From a virus (Duplodnaviria > Caudoviricetes), in the IMG/VR virus record IMGVR_UViG_3300023313_000243, positions 1 through 42,851 of that record: a stretch of DNA of 42,851 nt. One strand, 5' to 3'. Position 1 is the first letter of the stretch; the number at the start of each line of letters is the position of its first letter. A program made the position numbers and the translations under genes. Shown one piece after another: positions 1 through 10,056 of this stretch. Below the pieces are notes generated by a model. The model saw only the letters and a list, made by a program, of their open reading frames with translations. It searched no databases and had not been told where the DNA came from.

Positions 1-6
1 CAAAGA

Positions 7-430
7 GATTTTGTACTAACCTAGGATTTTTTAAAAAAAATAAATTTATTTTTTCTTATTAATCTTTGCTAATATTTTAATTAAACTTCTTGAATTTAAT
101 TGTTTTCTTACTTATATTTATATATTAATCTAACTTTTTTAAATAATTAAATTAAAAATACATAAAGATTTTGTACTAACCTAGGATTTTTTAAAAAAAA
201 TAAATTTTTAAAATCTTTGCTAATATTTTAATTAAACTTCTTGAATTTAATTGTTTTCTTACTTATATTTATATATTATTAATCTAACTTTTTAAAATAA
301 TTAAATTAAAAATACATAAAGATTTTGTACTAACCTAGGATTTTTTAAAAAAAATAAATTTTTTAATTTTAATCTTTGCTAATATTTTAATTAAATTTCT
401 TGAATTTAATTGTTATTTCTTACTTATATA
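7..430. repeat. ~155-160 bp tandem repeat, about 2.7 copies, degenerating rightwards (may extend left of the window)
   Basis: GATTTTGTACTAACCTAGGATTTTT starts at 7, 167 and 321, each followed by near-identical AATCTTTGCTAATATTTTAATTAAA...GAATTTAATTGTT. Confidence 0.95.
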
Positions 431-445
431 TTATTTTTTTAACTG

Positions 446-600
446 AACTATTATATACTAAAATTACTTAATAATCTAGTTTTCTTACTTATATTTATAT
501 ATAATTAAATATACATAAAGATTTTTAAAAATCTTTTAATTAAATCAAGAATTTAATTGTTTTCTTACTAAACTATTATATACTAAAATTACTTAATAAT
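446..600. repeat. 30-bp direct repeat, 2 copies
   Basis: AACTATTATATACTAAAATTACTTAATAAT at 446-475 and 571-600. Confidence 0.9.
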
Positions 601-672
601 TTCTTACAATTAAATGTATATTATACTTCTATTTATAAATCCTAGATTAATCTTTTTATGATATAATATATT

Positions 673-1773
673 ATGATTATATTAACAAAAGAAGAACTTA
701 TTGAAATTATTAATAAAGCAAATGAATTTGAAGATTTAAATCACTTGAATATTTCGAGACTTACTGATTTATCTGGAGTTTTTAAAAATGTTTTTAAAAA
801 ACTTAAAATATCAAAATGGGATACTTCATCTGTTACAAATATGAGTGAAATGTTTTATAATTCAGGTTTTAACTCATATGATTTTTCAAATTGGAATACT
901 TCTTCTGTTACTAATATGAAAGATATGTTTTATAATTCAATTTTAAGTTTAAGTGATATTTCTAAATGGGATGTTTCAAAAGTTACTGATATGAGTAATA
1001 TGTTTGATATGTCAACTTTAGAATCAGGAGATATTAGTAAATGGAATACAAGTAATGTAATTACAATGTCTGAGATGTTTAAAAATTCAAACTTTGACTC
1101 AATTAATATTTCAAATTGGAATACTTCTTCTGTAACTGATATGTCAGGAATGTTTTCTGATTCAAAGTTTAACTTAATTAATATTTCAAATTGGGATACT
1201 TCTTCTGTTACAGATATGAGTTTTATGTTTAAATATTCTAGTTTTAATAATTCTGATATTTCACTTTGGGATATTAGTAATGTAACTTCACTTGAATATA
1301 TGTTTTGTTCTTCTGATATTTGTAATTCAACTGATTTATCAAAATGGGATACTTCATCTGTAACTAATATGAGTAATTTATTTACAAATACAAAGTTTAA
1401 TAATTCAGATATTTCACTTTGGAATGTTAGTAATGTTAGAAATATGACTCATATGTTTAAATATTCTGAATTTAACTCAGGTGATATTTCACTTTGGGAT
1501 GTTTCTTCTGTTACTAATATGGATTATATGTTTTTTGACTCAAAGTTTAATGGAGATATTAGTAAATGGGATGTTTCATCTGTTCTAAATATGAATAAAA
1601 TGTTTAAAGACTCAAAGTTTAACTCATCTAATATTTCAAATTGGAAAATAACTGACTTTAGATTATATCTATATTATAATAAAAATAAAATTATAACAAC
1701 AAAAAAAGATTTTGAAAATTATAAAAGATTTAAATTCTCAGTAAATATAAGTTGCTTTAAATACTTTATATAG
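673..1773 (+). CDS. DUF285 / BspA-family repeat protein (~12 repeats)
   Basis: Repeated ~25-26 aa unit DISxW(D/N)(T/V)SxVTxMxxMF; no signal peptide. Confidence 0.9.
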   Translation: MIILTKEELIEIINKANEFEDLNHLNISRLTDLSGVFKNVFKKLKISKWDTSSVTNMSEMFYNSGFNSYDFSNWNTSSVTNMKDMFYNSILSLSDISKWDVSKVTDMSNMFDMSTLESGDISKWNTSNVITMSEMFKNSNFDSINISNWNTSSVTDMSGMFSDSKFNLINISNWDTSSVTDMSFMFKYSSFNNSDISLWDISNVTSLEYMFCSSDICNSTDLSKWDTSSVTNMSNLFTNTKFNNSDISLWNVSNVRNMTHMFKYSEFNSGDISLWDVSSVTNMDYMFFDSKFNGDISKWDVSSVLNMNKMFKDSKFNSSNISNWKITDFRLYLYYNKNKIITTKKDFENYKRFKFSVNISCFKYFI

Positions 1774-1862
1774 TGTTTACTCTGTTCAGGTCGGCATATA
1801 AGAGGTTTAAATTACTTAAGTGATATAAATATCAAGTATATAGATAAGACTGCTTAGATTAG
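1771..1862. repeat. Dispersed ~90-bp imperfect-hairpin element, copy 1
   Basis: Near-identical to 42461-42552; central TGATAT-AA-ATATCA inverted repeat. Confidence 0.9.
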
Positions 1863-2722
1863 TATTTAAACTTTTCAAAAATACTAATATGAAATAAACC
1901 ATAATAATATTTTATCTTTAATTTTAATTCTTTATAATTTGAAATATCATTTGAAAAATCTTTAAGTGAACAAATACTTTTTATATTCCAATTTAAAACT
2001 ATATCTTTTAAATCTATTTTTGAATCAAAAAACATATTAGACATAATAAGTACATTACTTGTATTCCAACATGAAATATCTCCAGTAAAATTTGAATTAA
2101 AAAACATATTAGACATTGTTATTACATTACTTGTATCCCAAGAACTAATATCACCCGAGTTAAATTTTGACCTATAAAATAAATATTTCATATCAGTTAT
2201 TTTACTTGTATTCCAAGAACCAATATCTCCAGTATTAAATTTTGATTCAGAAAACATTCCTTGAATTTCTGTTACATTACTAATATTCCAATTACTAATA
2301 TCAGAATTAAATTCAGAATTTTCAAACATATATTTCATTTTAGTAACATTACTAACATTCCATTTACTAATATCAGAATTAAAAACCGAACAAAAAAACA
2401 AATGAGACATATTAGTAACAGAAGAAGTATTCCAATTACTAATATCTCCATTAAATTTAGAAAAACTAAACATAAAACTCATATTAGTAACTTTACTAAT
2501 ATTCCAATTACTAATATCAGAATTAAATTCAGAATTTTCAAACATAAAACTCATATTAGTAACAGATGAAACATCCCATTTACTTATATCTCCATTAAAC
2601 TTTTTATTTTTAAATAATTTACTTAAATCTGTAATATTTGAAATATTAATATGATTTAAGTCTTCATTAATTTTTGCTTTATCAATTATTCTATTTAATT
2701 CATTTCTATCTTTTACTTTCAT
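1859..2722 (-). CDS. DUF285 / BspA-family repeat protein (~9 repeats)
   Basis: FN(G/S)DISxWNxSxVTNMxxMF repeats; N-terminal EL..II.KA..NEDLN cap shared with paralogs. Confidence 0.9.
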   Translation of the reverse strand: MKVKDRNELNRIIDKAKINEDLNHINISNITDLSKLFKNKKFNGDISKWDVSSVTNMSFMFENSEFNSDISNWNISKVTNMSFMFSFSKFNGDISNWNTSSVTNMSHLFFCSVFNSDISKWNVSNVTKMKYMFENSEFNSDISNWNISNVTEIQGMFSESKFNTGDIGSWNTSKITDMKYLFYRSKFNSGDISSWDTSNVITMSNMFFNSNFTGDISCWNTSNVLIMSNMFFDSKIDLKDIVLNWNIKSICSLKDFSNDISNYKELKLKIKYYYGLFHISIFEKFKY

Positions 2723-3408
2723 TATAAAAAATATTCCGGATATTTTTTAATTATTCTATTTTCCATTTTAATTATTTTATTAAAATCTTTTATAAAAGGA
2801 ATAAAATCATCTTTAAAATTTTGATTATCTTTAAAATCTTGTATAATTAATACTTCAAATTCTTTTGCTTCCTTTTTTGTTTTAAACATTATAGTATTAC
2901 TTTCTATTTTTTTTGTTTTAATTATTTTAAAATATTTAATTTCAATAAAAAAAACACCAAACATAAGTGCACTTACAAGTTGAGACTCATAATATATAAT
3001 ATTTGTTTTTCTTTTATTATCTTTTGTTAAAAAATCTAAATAATCTTTATATTTTTCAAATAAATCTTCATTTTTATATAAACAAGAATAATTTTTTTGT
3101 ATTTTTGGTTTATCAATATCAATGTTTTTCTGAAATTCCAGTCTAAACTCTTTTTTATTTCTTAAATAAGGATATTTAAGTGAAACTTCTTTTAGTCTTC
3201 TTTGTTTAAATATATTTCTTTCTGAATAATAATTTCCAATTAGAATATAAGAAAAATAAATAAAATCCTCTTTTTTTGGATTTTTAGGCCATCTTGCCTT
3301 ACTTCCTATAACATATATTAAATCAGAATTACACTTTAAACAATTTTTTCTTTTTGTCTGAATTGTAAAACAGTCCCAACAAAAACTTTTATATGTAAAA
3401 TTTCTCAA
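2722..3408 (-). CDS. Hypothetical protein with N-terminal Zn ribbon and C-terminal YPEYFL tail
   Basis: CWDC...CLKC; stop overlaps the next start. Confidence 0.7.
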   Translation of the reverse strand: MRNFTYKSFCWDCFTIQTKRKNCLKCNSDLIYVIGSKARWPKNPKKEDFIYFSYILIGNYYSERNIFKQRRLKEVSLKYPYLRNKKEFRLEFQKNIDIDKPKIQKNYSCLYKNEDLFEKYKDYLDFLTKDNKRKTNIIYYESQLVSALMFGVFFIEIKYFKIIKTKKIESNTIMFKTKKEAKEFEVLIIQDFKDNQNFKDDFIPFIKDFNKIIKMENRIIKKYPEYFL

Positions 3409-3409
3409 T

Positions 3410-3850
3410 TTAATATCTTATTGTAAAATGAGGTCCAGAAGCATCATTTTCGGTTTTTTTATTTTTATTTTCTTTTGGTAAATTTTTATATTTTTCTTTA
3501 TTAAATCTTAATAATACTTTATGTTTTTTTAAATAAAATCCTCTTTTTCCTCCAAAATCATTTAAATCTACTTTAATATTTAATTTAACTGATTTTACTT
3601 TATTTTTTCTAAATATTAATATTTCATCTCTAAATAAAATTACAAAATTAAATTTTCCTTTCCAATTATCTTCTTGGCCATAAGAATTAGGAATAAAAAA
3701 CTCTTTATTATTTTTATACTCTCTTATTGAACCTTGTAAACTTCCATAAGCATCAATAATTTTAATATCATAAACCCTACTTATAATTCTAAGCGTTTCT
3801 TCAAAATTATTTATTTTTTTAAAGATTTTATTTATTTGAATGAATAACAT
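3410..3850 (-). CDS. Hypothetical protein
   Basis: AAGGA RBS and promoter motif upstream; tiles with neighbours. Confidence 0.7.
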   Translation of the reverse strand: MLFIQINKIFKKINNFEETLRIISRVYDIKIIDAYGSLQGSIREYKNNKEFFIPNSYGQEDNWKGKFNFVILFRDEILIFRKNKVKSVKLNIKVDLNDFGGKRGFYLKKHKVLLRFNKEKYKNLPKENKNKKTENDASGPHFTIRY

Positions 3851-3872
3851 AAATATAAATTCCTTTTTATTT

Positions 3873-3892
3873 ATTATATCAGACTAACCTTA
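3873..3892 (-). promoter_or_regulatory. Putative early (host sigma70-type) promoter TAAGGTTA-N6-TATAAT
   Basis: Exact motif recurs 6 times, each just upstream of an AAGGA RBS. Confidence 0.75.
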
Positions 3893-3898
3893 TAAATA
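3891..3898 (+). promoter_or_regulatory. T4-type late promoter TATAAATA
   Basis: Consensus ~20 nt upstream of the 3920 start; the sequence is AT-rich, so a chance match is possible. Confidence 0.55.
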
Positions 3899-3919
3899 AA
3901 TAAAAAAAGGAATATTATA

Positions 3920-5053
3920 ATGTGGATATTTAATAAAAAACCTTTTATAGAAATATTAGAAGAATTTAATTCATTTGTTTATATTATTGAAAGACTAAAT
4001 ATAAATGAAGATAATAAATCACCTATTTTTTATATAGGAAAAAAGAATTTTTATAGAAAACTAAAAATAAAAGGAAAAATAATAATTGAAGAAAGTGATT
4101 GGAATAATTATTATGGCTCTTCTGATTATCTTGAAAAGGATATTATTAAATATGGAAAAGAAAACTTTAAAAGAACTATTTTATATTTATGTAGAACTCA
4201 AGGAGACTCAGGTTATCTTGAAGCAAAGGAACAAATTAATAGAAATGTATTATTAATTGAAAATAATTATAAATTATATTATAATAGAAATATTTTCGGA
4301 AGATATAGAAATCAGCCAGAGATTTATGATTTTAATTCAGTTAATATTTCAAATTTAAATAAAATAAATGAAGTCTCTGGAAATAAATTATCTAAGATAT
4401 GGATTAATAATAATAAAAAAAATAGACTTGTAACAAATAAAGAAATGGAAAAAAATATAGGAAAAAATAATTTTAAACAAGGAAAATTATTAAAATCTAT
4501 AAATAAAGAAATACCTATTTCAAATACAATAATAAAAGAAACTAAAGTTAATATAACTAAAATACCAATTTTTAAAAATAATAATTATATTTGGATTAAT
4601 AAAAATGAAATAAATAATTATATTTCTGATGGTTGGAGTAAATCTATTTCTGATATTATTATTTTTAGAGTTACAAATGGAATTAAAACAAAATCATTTT
4701 TTACAAAACTAGAGTCAGATAACTTTCTTAAAATAAATAAAGATTGGTCTGATAATTTTAATTTTAAAGATAAAATATTTTTAATTGATATGGAAATAGA
4801 TAAAAAAGTTTGTGTTTTAAAAAGTGAAAAAAATAATAATAAATATACTTCACTTACTGCGAAAAAAATAAAAGTAAAAAGTAAAAATAGAATTATATTT
4901 TCTGGATATATTGATTTATTTTTTATTAAATTTCCTAATATTCCTAAACAATTAATTTTAAAAAGTTTAAAGAATAATGGAGAAATTATAAAAATAACTA
5001 AAGGTAAATATTTATTTATTAATGATTTAAAATTTTCTGCTATATTTATTTAA
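3920..5053 (+). CDS. Putative free-standing GIY-YIG (Seg-like) homing endonuclease
   Basis: FVYII...YIGKK...ESDWxxYYGSS N-terminal domain; C-terminal W(I/V)xN-type repeats; inverted relative to its neighbours. Confidence 0.65.
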   Translation: MWIFNKKPFIEILEEFNSFVYIIERLNINEDNKSPIFYIGKKNFYRKLKIKGKIIIEESDWNNYYGSSDYLEKDIIKYGKENFKRTILYLCRTQGDSGYLEAKEQINRNVLLIENNYKLYYNRNIFGRYRNQPEIYDFNSVNISNLNKINEVSGNKLSKIWINNNKKNRLVTNKEMEKNIGKNNFKQGKLLKSINKEIPISNTIIKETKVNITKIPIFKNNNYIWINKNEINNYISDGWSKSISDIIIFRVTNGIKTKSFFTKLESDNFLKINKDWSDNFNFKDKIFLIDMEIDKKVCVLKSEKNNNKYTSLTAKKIKVKSKNRIIFSGYIDLFFIKFPNIPKQLILKSLKNNGEIIKITKGKYLFINDLKFSAIFI

Positions 5054-5743
5054 TCTATAAGAAATAAAATCATTATAGCAATCTATTATTTGATTATCTG
5101 TTTTATAAAAATAAGATAATCTTGTATCAGGTTTAATATTCCAAATTGATATATCTTTTTTAAATTCAGAACCACAAAACATTTTATTCATATTTCTAAC
5201 TTTACTAACATTCCATTTTGATATATCTTTATTAAATCTTGAAAAATAAAACATATTTGCCATACATCTTACATTTGAAACATTCCATTTTGATATATCA
5301 CTTGAACTAAATTTAGAATTAGTAAACATAAAATTCATATTTTCAACAGAACTAACATTCCATTTTGATATATCATTATCAAACTCTGAATTTTTAAATA
5401 CAGAACTCATACATTTTATATTTCTAGTATTCCAATTTGATATATCATTTTTAAATTTACTATTCTGAAACATATAAGATATATTTTCAAGACTATTTGT
5501 TTTCCAATTACTTATATCTCCATTAAACTTAGAATTATAAAACATAGAATGCATATTTGTAACTTTACAAACATTCCATTTATCTATTTTTCCATTAAAA
5601 TTTGAACCAAGAAATAAACAACTTAAATCTGTTAATTCAGAAATATCAATATAATTTAAATCAGCATTATCTTTTGAATTTAAAATTATTTTTATTAACT
5701 CATTTTTATCTTTAACTTTCTTTTTAAAAAATCTTCTTAACAT
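5027..5743 (-). CDS. DUF285 / BspA-family repeat protein (~7 repeats)
   Basis: DISKWNVSxVxxMxxMF repeats. Confidence 0.9.
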   Translation of the reverse strand: MLRRFFKKKVKDKNELIKIILNSKDNADLNYIDISELTDLSCLFLGSNFNGKIDKWNVCKVTNMHSMFYNSKFNGDISNWKTNSLENISYMFQNSKFKNDISNWNTRNIKCMSSVFKNSEFDNDISKWNVSSVENMNFMFTNSKFSSSDISKWNVSNVRCMANMFYFSRFNKDISKWNVSKVRNMNKMFCGSEFKKDISIWNIKPDTRLSYFYKTDNQIIDCYNDFISYRLNKYSRKF

Positions 5744-5752
5744 TTTTTTCCT

Positions 5753-6313
5753 TTAATTTAAAAATTTACTTAATATATTTATTTTAATATATTTATTTTT
5801 TAATTCTTTTAAATCACTAAAATTCTTTATTTTATCTGAAAATAAATATAAATTAGTTTCTTCTTTTATATTCCAATTATAAATATTTTTTAAATCAAAA
5901 TCAGAACAAAAAAACATTCCAGATAAATCATTAATATTTTTTATATTCCATTTACTTATATTAATTTTTTTAATTTTTGAATATGAAAACATTGACTTCA
6001 TATTTCTAACATTTCCAGTATTCCATTTACTAATATCAAGAAAATCAGAATAATAATCATAAAACATATGTTCCATAGTTCTTACATTTCCAGTATCCCA
6101 TTTACTAATATCTCCATTAAAACTAGAATTCATAAACATTCCACTCATATTTCTTATATTACTTGTATCCCATTTATCTATTTTTCCATTAAACTTAGAA
6201 CGACTAAAAATATTAGAAATATCAGTAAGTCCAGATATATCAATATAATTTAAATCTTCATTATCTTTTGCTTTTTTTATTATATTAATAAGTTCATTTT
6301 TATTTTTAATCAT
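5753..6313 (-). CDS. DUF285 / BspA-family repeat protein (~5 repeats)
   Basis: DISKW(D/N)TxNVRxMxxMF repeats. Confidence 0.9.
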   Translation of the reverse strand: MIKNKNELINIIKKAKDNEDLNYIDISGLTDISNIFSRSKFNGKIDKWDTSNIRNMSGMFMNSSFNGDISKWDTGNVRTMEHMFYDYYSDFLDISKWNTGNVRNMKSMFSYSKIKKINISKWNIKNINDLSGMFFCSDFDLKNIYNWNIKEETNLYLFSDKIKNFSDLKELKNKYIKINILSKFLN

Positions 6314-6642
6314 AAAAAATATTCCGGAAATTCTTCATTTAGTTTTTTTCTATTAACTATATTACTAAAATCATTTAAAATTTCATCTATTATAAAATAT
6401 CTATCAATTTTTTTATATTCATTTCTATTTTTTAGTAAATAAATAATAATATTATAATCAATTTCTTTAATTTTAAATAAACTTTTCTTTTCGTTTTTTA
6501 AACAATAAACACTCTTTCTTTCCTCAGAATATAATATTTTTCCGGAATGTCTAAAAAATACATCAAAACTATTATTATCAAAAGTCTTAATTACTTTTCC
6601 AAAACCACAAATCAGACAATATACTTCTTCATCTATTTTCAT
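6310..6642 (-). CDS. Hypothetical protein, C-terminal FPEYFL
   Basis: Coupled overlaps with both neighbours. Confidence 0.7.
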   Translation of the reverse strand: MKIDEEVYCLICGFGKVIKTFDNNSFDVFFRHSGKILYSEERKSVYCLKNEKKSLFKIKEIDYNIIIYLLKNRNEYKKIDRYFIIDEILNDFSNIVNRKKLNEEFPEYFL

Positions 6643-7058
6643 TATATTATATACTCCGGAAATTTAGTTTTATCTTTTTTAAACCAAATAATTATATTAT
6701 CTATATCAATATCTTTTATTTTAAGTAATCTTAAAAATAATTCTTCATTCATTTCACTTTCTTTAAAAACTCTTTCTTCCGAAATTCCAGAATATCCATT
6801 TTCATTTATTAAAACATATTTATCGCTTATTTTACAATGTCTAGCATATCCATTTGTAAAAGTCCATATTTTTGTTATTTCATCAAAATCAACAATTTTA
6901 TCTGGATTAATAATTTTTAAATCGGTTCCAATATAACAAGTTAATATTTTTTCTTCTTTAATTTTATTAATCCATTTACTATGCTCACTTCCTAATAAAT
7001 ATATTTGTAATACAATAATAAATATAATTATACATATATAAAATCTATTTTCTTTCAT
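6642..7058 (-). CDS. Hypothetical membrane-anchored protein, C-terminal FPEYII
   Basis: N-terminal hydrophobic helix; AGGAG RBS. Confidence 0.75.
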   Translation of the reverse strand: MKENRFYICIIIFIIVLQIYLLGSEHSKWINKIKEEKILTCYIGTDLKIINPDKIVDFDEITKIWTFTNGYARHCKISDKYVLINENGYSGISEERVFKESEMNEELFLRLLKIKDIDIDNIIIWFKKDKTKFPEYII

Positions 7059-7105
7059 TTCTTCTCCTTAAATCTATTATTACTCTTTTATTTCTTTTAA
7101 TTAAA

Positions 7106-8314
7106 TCATTTATTTTCCAAATTAAAATATTTTCCTTTAAAATTCTCAAAACCCTCAGGTTTTTTTCCACTTGTACTAATAAAAATATATGGAACTTTTG
7201 GAATTCTTTTATTTTTCCATAAACTAATATCTTCAATATACATATCAGAAATTAAAATAACACAATCACATTCAAGTTTATTATTTATAATATATTCCAT
7301 TGCTGGTAACATTTCAGTTCCACCATTTCCATTTCTAATAAAATTTCTCTTTTTTGGATTAAAATCTTCGACTGAATGAACTTCTGTATCAACTTGAATA
7401 ATTTTTAGAGCTGAACTTGATATTCTAACTATTTCCTTTGTTTCCTTTAATCCAGTTAAAATATCTTCATCACTCATACTTCCAGAAATATCAAGTACAA
7501 TAACAATATTAAATTTATTTATTTTCTTTACTCCATAAATTTCATTTCTTTTTGGAAATCTTCTAGACTTTCTCATAATTGTTAATTGTTTTTCTTGTTT
7601 TTTATTTGCTGTTATATGCTTTAATGCTTTTTGCCAGTTAATTTCAGCTTTTTTATTCCAAATATCAAGTATATTACTAATATTATTTGGAATATGTCCT
7701 CTTGATTTTTCTATTGCTTTATCAACCATTTTTTTAGTAACTTCATTTCTTAACTCATCATTTGATTTACTATCATCTCCATCTTTCCAAATTTCATGGT
7801 CTCCAATTTCTTTTCCTGATTTTGAATTATCATCATCATTTGATTTTACTTTACAATCTTTTATTAAATCATAATAAGTTTCTGAATTCTTTTTAATTGG
7901 AATATTTTTAATTCCTGTCATTTTTGAAAGATTTTCTGGATATATTGCTTTTAGGTCTTCAAAGTGAGATTTTGTTATAAATTGATTAATTGCACAATCC
8001 ATTGCTAAATTAGCATTTTCATGATTTATTTCATCTGAATCGAGTGGAAATCTTGAAATATGATTATATAAAATATGTAGTGATTCATGTTTTAAAATTG
8101 CAAGTCTTTGAATAACTGATTTTGAATTAAAAAAATCAGGATTTATATAAAGATTATAGTGACAACCCTTAAAGTTAATTCCAGCTGTTGGAACATCAGT
8201 AGTTATAATAATTCTACACTGAGCTATTATATGAGCATAAAATAAATAATCTTCTGAATATTTATAATTACTAAACATATTTGCTATTGCTTCATCAAAT
8301 GCTTTTCTTTTCAT
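7106..8314 (-). CDS. DUF2201-type metallopeptidase-like + vWA domain protein
   Basis: HExxH (KHESLH), NxAxDxAIN and MIDAS DISGSMS; next to a MoxR-like AAA+. Confidence 0.85.
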   Translation of the reverse strand: MKRKAFDEAIANMFSNYKYSEDYLFYAHIIAQCRIIITTDVPTAGINFKGCHYNLYINPDFFNSKSVIQRLAILKHESLHILYNHISRFPLDSDEINHENANLAMDCAINQFITKSHFEDLKAIYPENLSKMTGIKNIPIKKNSETYYDLIKDCKVKSNDDDNSKSGKEIGDHEIWKDGDDSKSNDELRNEVTKKMVDKAIEKSRGHIPNNISNILDIWNKKAEINWQKALKHITANKKQEKQLTIMRKSRRFPKRNEIYGVKKINKFNIVIVLDISGSMSDEDILTGLKETKEIVRISSSALKIIQVDTEVHSVEDFNPKKRNFIRNGNGGTEMLPAMEYIINNKLECDCVILISDMYIEDISLWKNKRIPKVPYIFISTSGKKPEGFENFKGKYFNLENK

Positions 8315-8330
8315 TTATTATCCTTTATTT

Positions 8331-8350
8331 ATTATATCAAAATAACCTTA
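8331..8350 (-). promoter_or_regulatory. Putative early promoter TAAGGTTA-N6-TATAAT
   Basis: TAAGGTTATTTTGATATAAT; the TAA is the upstream gene's stop. Confidence 0.75.
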
Positions 8351-8584
8351 AAGAAAAAATTCAGGATATTCCTCTTCAATTTCTAGAATTTTATCTGCTT
8401 CAATAATAGTTAGAATATTAGTTTTAGTAATTTCTTCAATAATAGTTTTATTTTTACCTCTAAATACTTTTTTATTATAAACAGAAAATTTATTTTCATT
8501 TATAATTTCAGCAATTAATCCTAAATTTATTGAATTTCTTACTTCATATAATATTAAACAATTTTTTTCCATTATAAAAAACAT
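8348..8584 (-). CDS. Hypothetical protein, C-terminal YPEFFL (true start may be a few codons in)
   Basis: ORF track; tiles the operon. Confidence 0.65.
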   Translation of the reverse strand: MFFIMEKNCLILYEVRNSINLGLIAEIINENKFSVYNKKVFRGKNKTIIEEITKTNILTIIEADKILEIEEEYPEFFL

Positions 8585-8910
8585 TCTGGATATTTTGATT
8601 CAAAATAAGATTTATTTACTGAAATAGTTCTTGAATTTACTAAACTAAAAATTAAAGAATCAAAAGAACTTTCAATTAAATCAATTTTATATTTACCAAA
8701 ACAATTTTTTTTATAAAAAGTTAAAAAGTCACTTATTTCAATTTCATTTGAAATATTATTAAATAATTTTGAAGTAAGTTCCTTACTTTCAACTTTTGAC
8801 TTTCTATATTTTATATTTTCAATAACAAATGAAATAATATCTTCATTTGTTATATTTTCCTTTTTTAGAAATTTATTATTTAATTCAATAATATTATCTT
8901 TAAAACAAAT
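8572..8910 (-). CDS. Unannotated ~112-aa ORF with no ATG (possible ATT start), C-terminal YPECFL
   Basis: Hand-translated open frame ICFKDNIIEL...YFESKYPECFL* fills the gap exactly; ATT overlaps the AAA+ stop (TAATT). Confidence 0.6.
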   Translation of the reverse strand: MCFKDNIIELNNKFLKKENITNEDIISFVIENIKYRKSKVESKELTSKLFNNISNEIEISDFLTFYKKNCFGKYKIDLIESSFDSLIFSLVNSRTISVNKSYFESKYPECFL

Positions 8911-10028
8911 TATATTATTTTTGATTTGATTTTCCTTATAAGATATTTATTTTTTCCATTTACTATAAAAGTATCTTTTTTAACTAAATCATAAAAACTT
9001 ACTGAATCATTTTCTTTTTTATCTTTTATAATACTTGTTAAAACTTCCATATCAAGACTATATAATAAAACAAATAAAGTTAAAATATCATTATAGTTTT
9101 TTGTTTCATCATTAATAATTTTTTTATATTTATCCCAAAGAATATTTACATTTTCAATTAAAATTACTGGCTCAATTTTTTCTGTAAAATCTTTTAATTT
9201 CTCGCCTAAAATTACTAAATCTTTTGTTTTATTTGCTTCTTTTTTTATAAATTTTTCAATATCATCAATACTAATAATATCTTTATAATTAGTATAAAAT
9301 ATATAAAATTGAGCACCAAGACTTCTTCCTATTTTTCCATTTATAATATTTAAATGATATTCTTCGGAAATTTCTTTAAAATCATCAATATAACTTGCTA
9401 ATTTTGTCCAACTTCTTGGAGTTGCATCCATTTCATTTGAATCTTCTGTTATAAAATATAATTTACTTTGATTATTTGCTATAAAATCTCTTACAATTTT
9501 ATTAATATTATTTTTTCTTGCCCAACCTAACCAACTTTCAGCATCTGCTTCAACATCAAGTTTTAACATTCTATCCCAAAGTGCTGGATCAAAATCAGAA
9601 ACCATATAACCTTGATCATCATCTGCTGGATTTACTGCTGAAATAACTTGTGTATTTTTTGGAAGTTTATGCATATGAATTTGTTTTTCAAGAATTAATT
9701 GAAGACTAGCATTTAAAACATCTGTACTTGCTCTATTTAACTCATCAAGAAATAAAACACATTTTTTTCCATTTAAATAAGCTGTTTCCATTTTAACAAG
9801 CCATTCTGGTTTTGTCCAAATCATTTCATCTTCTTTACTAATTGGAATTCCTATTAAATCTCCAACTTCAGATTGACTTAAAAACAATGGTGTAAAAAAT
9901 AAATCATTTTCAGAACAATAATCTCTAACAATTTCACTTTTACCAATTCCGTGTTTTCCAACTAAGCAAATAACATCATCTGCTTTTGATGCTGATATTA
10001 AGATTGGTTTAATTTTACCTATATTCAT
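8910..10028 (-). CDS. MoxR-like AAA+ ATPase
   Basis: Walker A GKHGIGKS, Walker B LFLDELNRA, DPALWDR, TPRSW. Confidence 0.9.
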   Translation of the reverse strand: MNIGKIKPILISASKADDVICLVGKHGIGKSEIVRDYCSENDLFFTPLFLSQSEVGDLIGIPISKEDEMIWTKPEWLVKMETAYLNGKKCVLFLDELNRASTDVLNASLQLILEKQIHMHKLPKNTQVISAVNPADDDQGYMVSDFDPALWDRMLKLDVEADAESWLGWARKNNINKIVRDFIANNQSKLYFITEDSNEMDATPRSWTKLASYIDDFKEISEEYHLNIINGKIGRSLGAQFYIFYTNYKDIISIDDIEKFIKKEANKTKDLVILGEKLKDFTEKIEPVILIENVNILWDKYKKIINDETKNYNDILTLFVLLYSLDMEVLTSIIKDKKENDSVSFYDLVKKDTFIVNGKNKYLIRKIKSKII

Positions 10029-10056
10029 ATTAATCCTTTAATTTAAATTATTTAAT

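Noticed and set aside
1821-1834. Fur box in the hairpin element
   Set aside because: TGATAT-AA-ATATCA resembles but does not match the TGATAAT-N-ATTATCA 7-1-7 consensus, and this copy lies at gene 3' ends.
1771-1862. Integron attC site
   Set aside because: No RYYYAAC...GTTRRRY boundaries on either strand and no integrase in the window.
673-6313. Diversity-generating retroelement acting on the DUF285 genes
   Set aside because: No reverse transcriptase, and no template/variable pair with adenine-specific differences was seen.
2261-7236. ORFs 2261..2569, 6068..6253, 6547..6936 and 7045..7236
   Set aside because: Antisense or alternate-frame shadows of better-supported genes.
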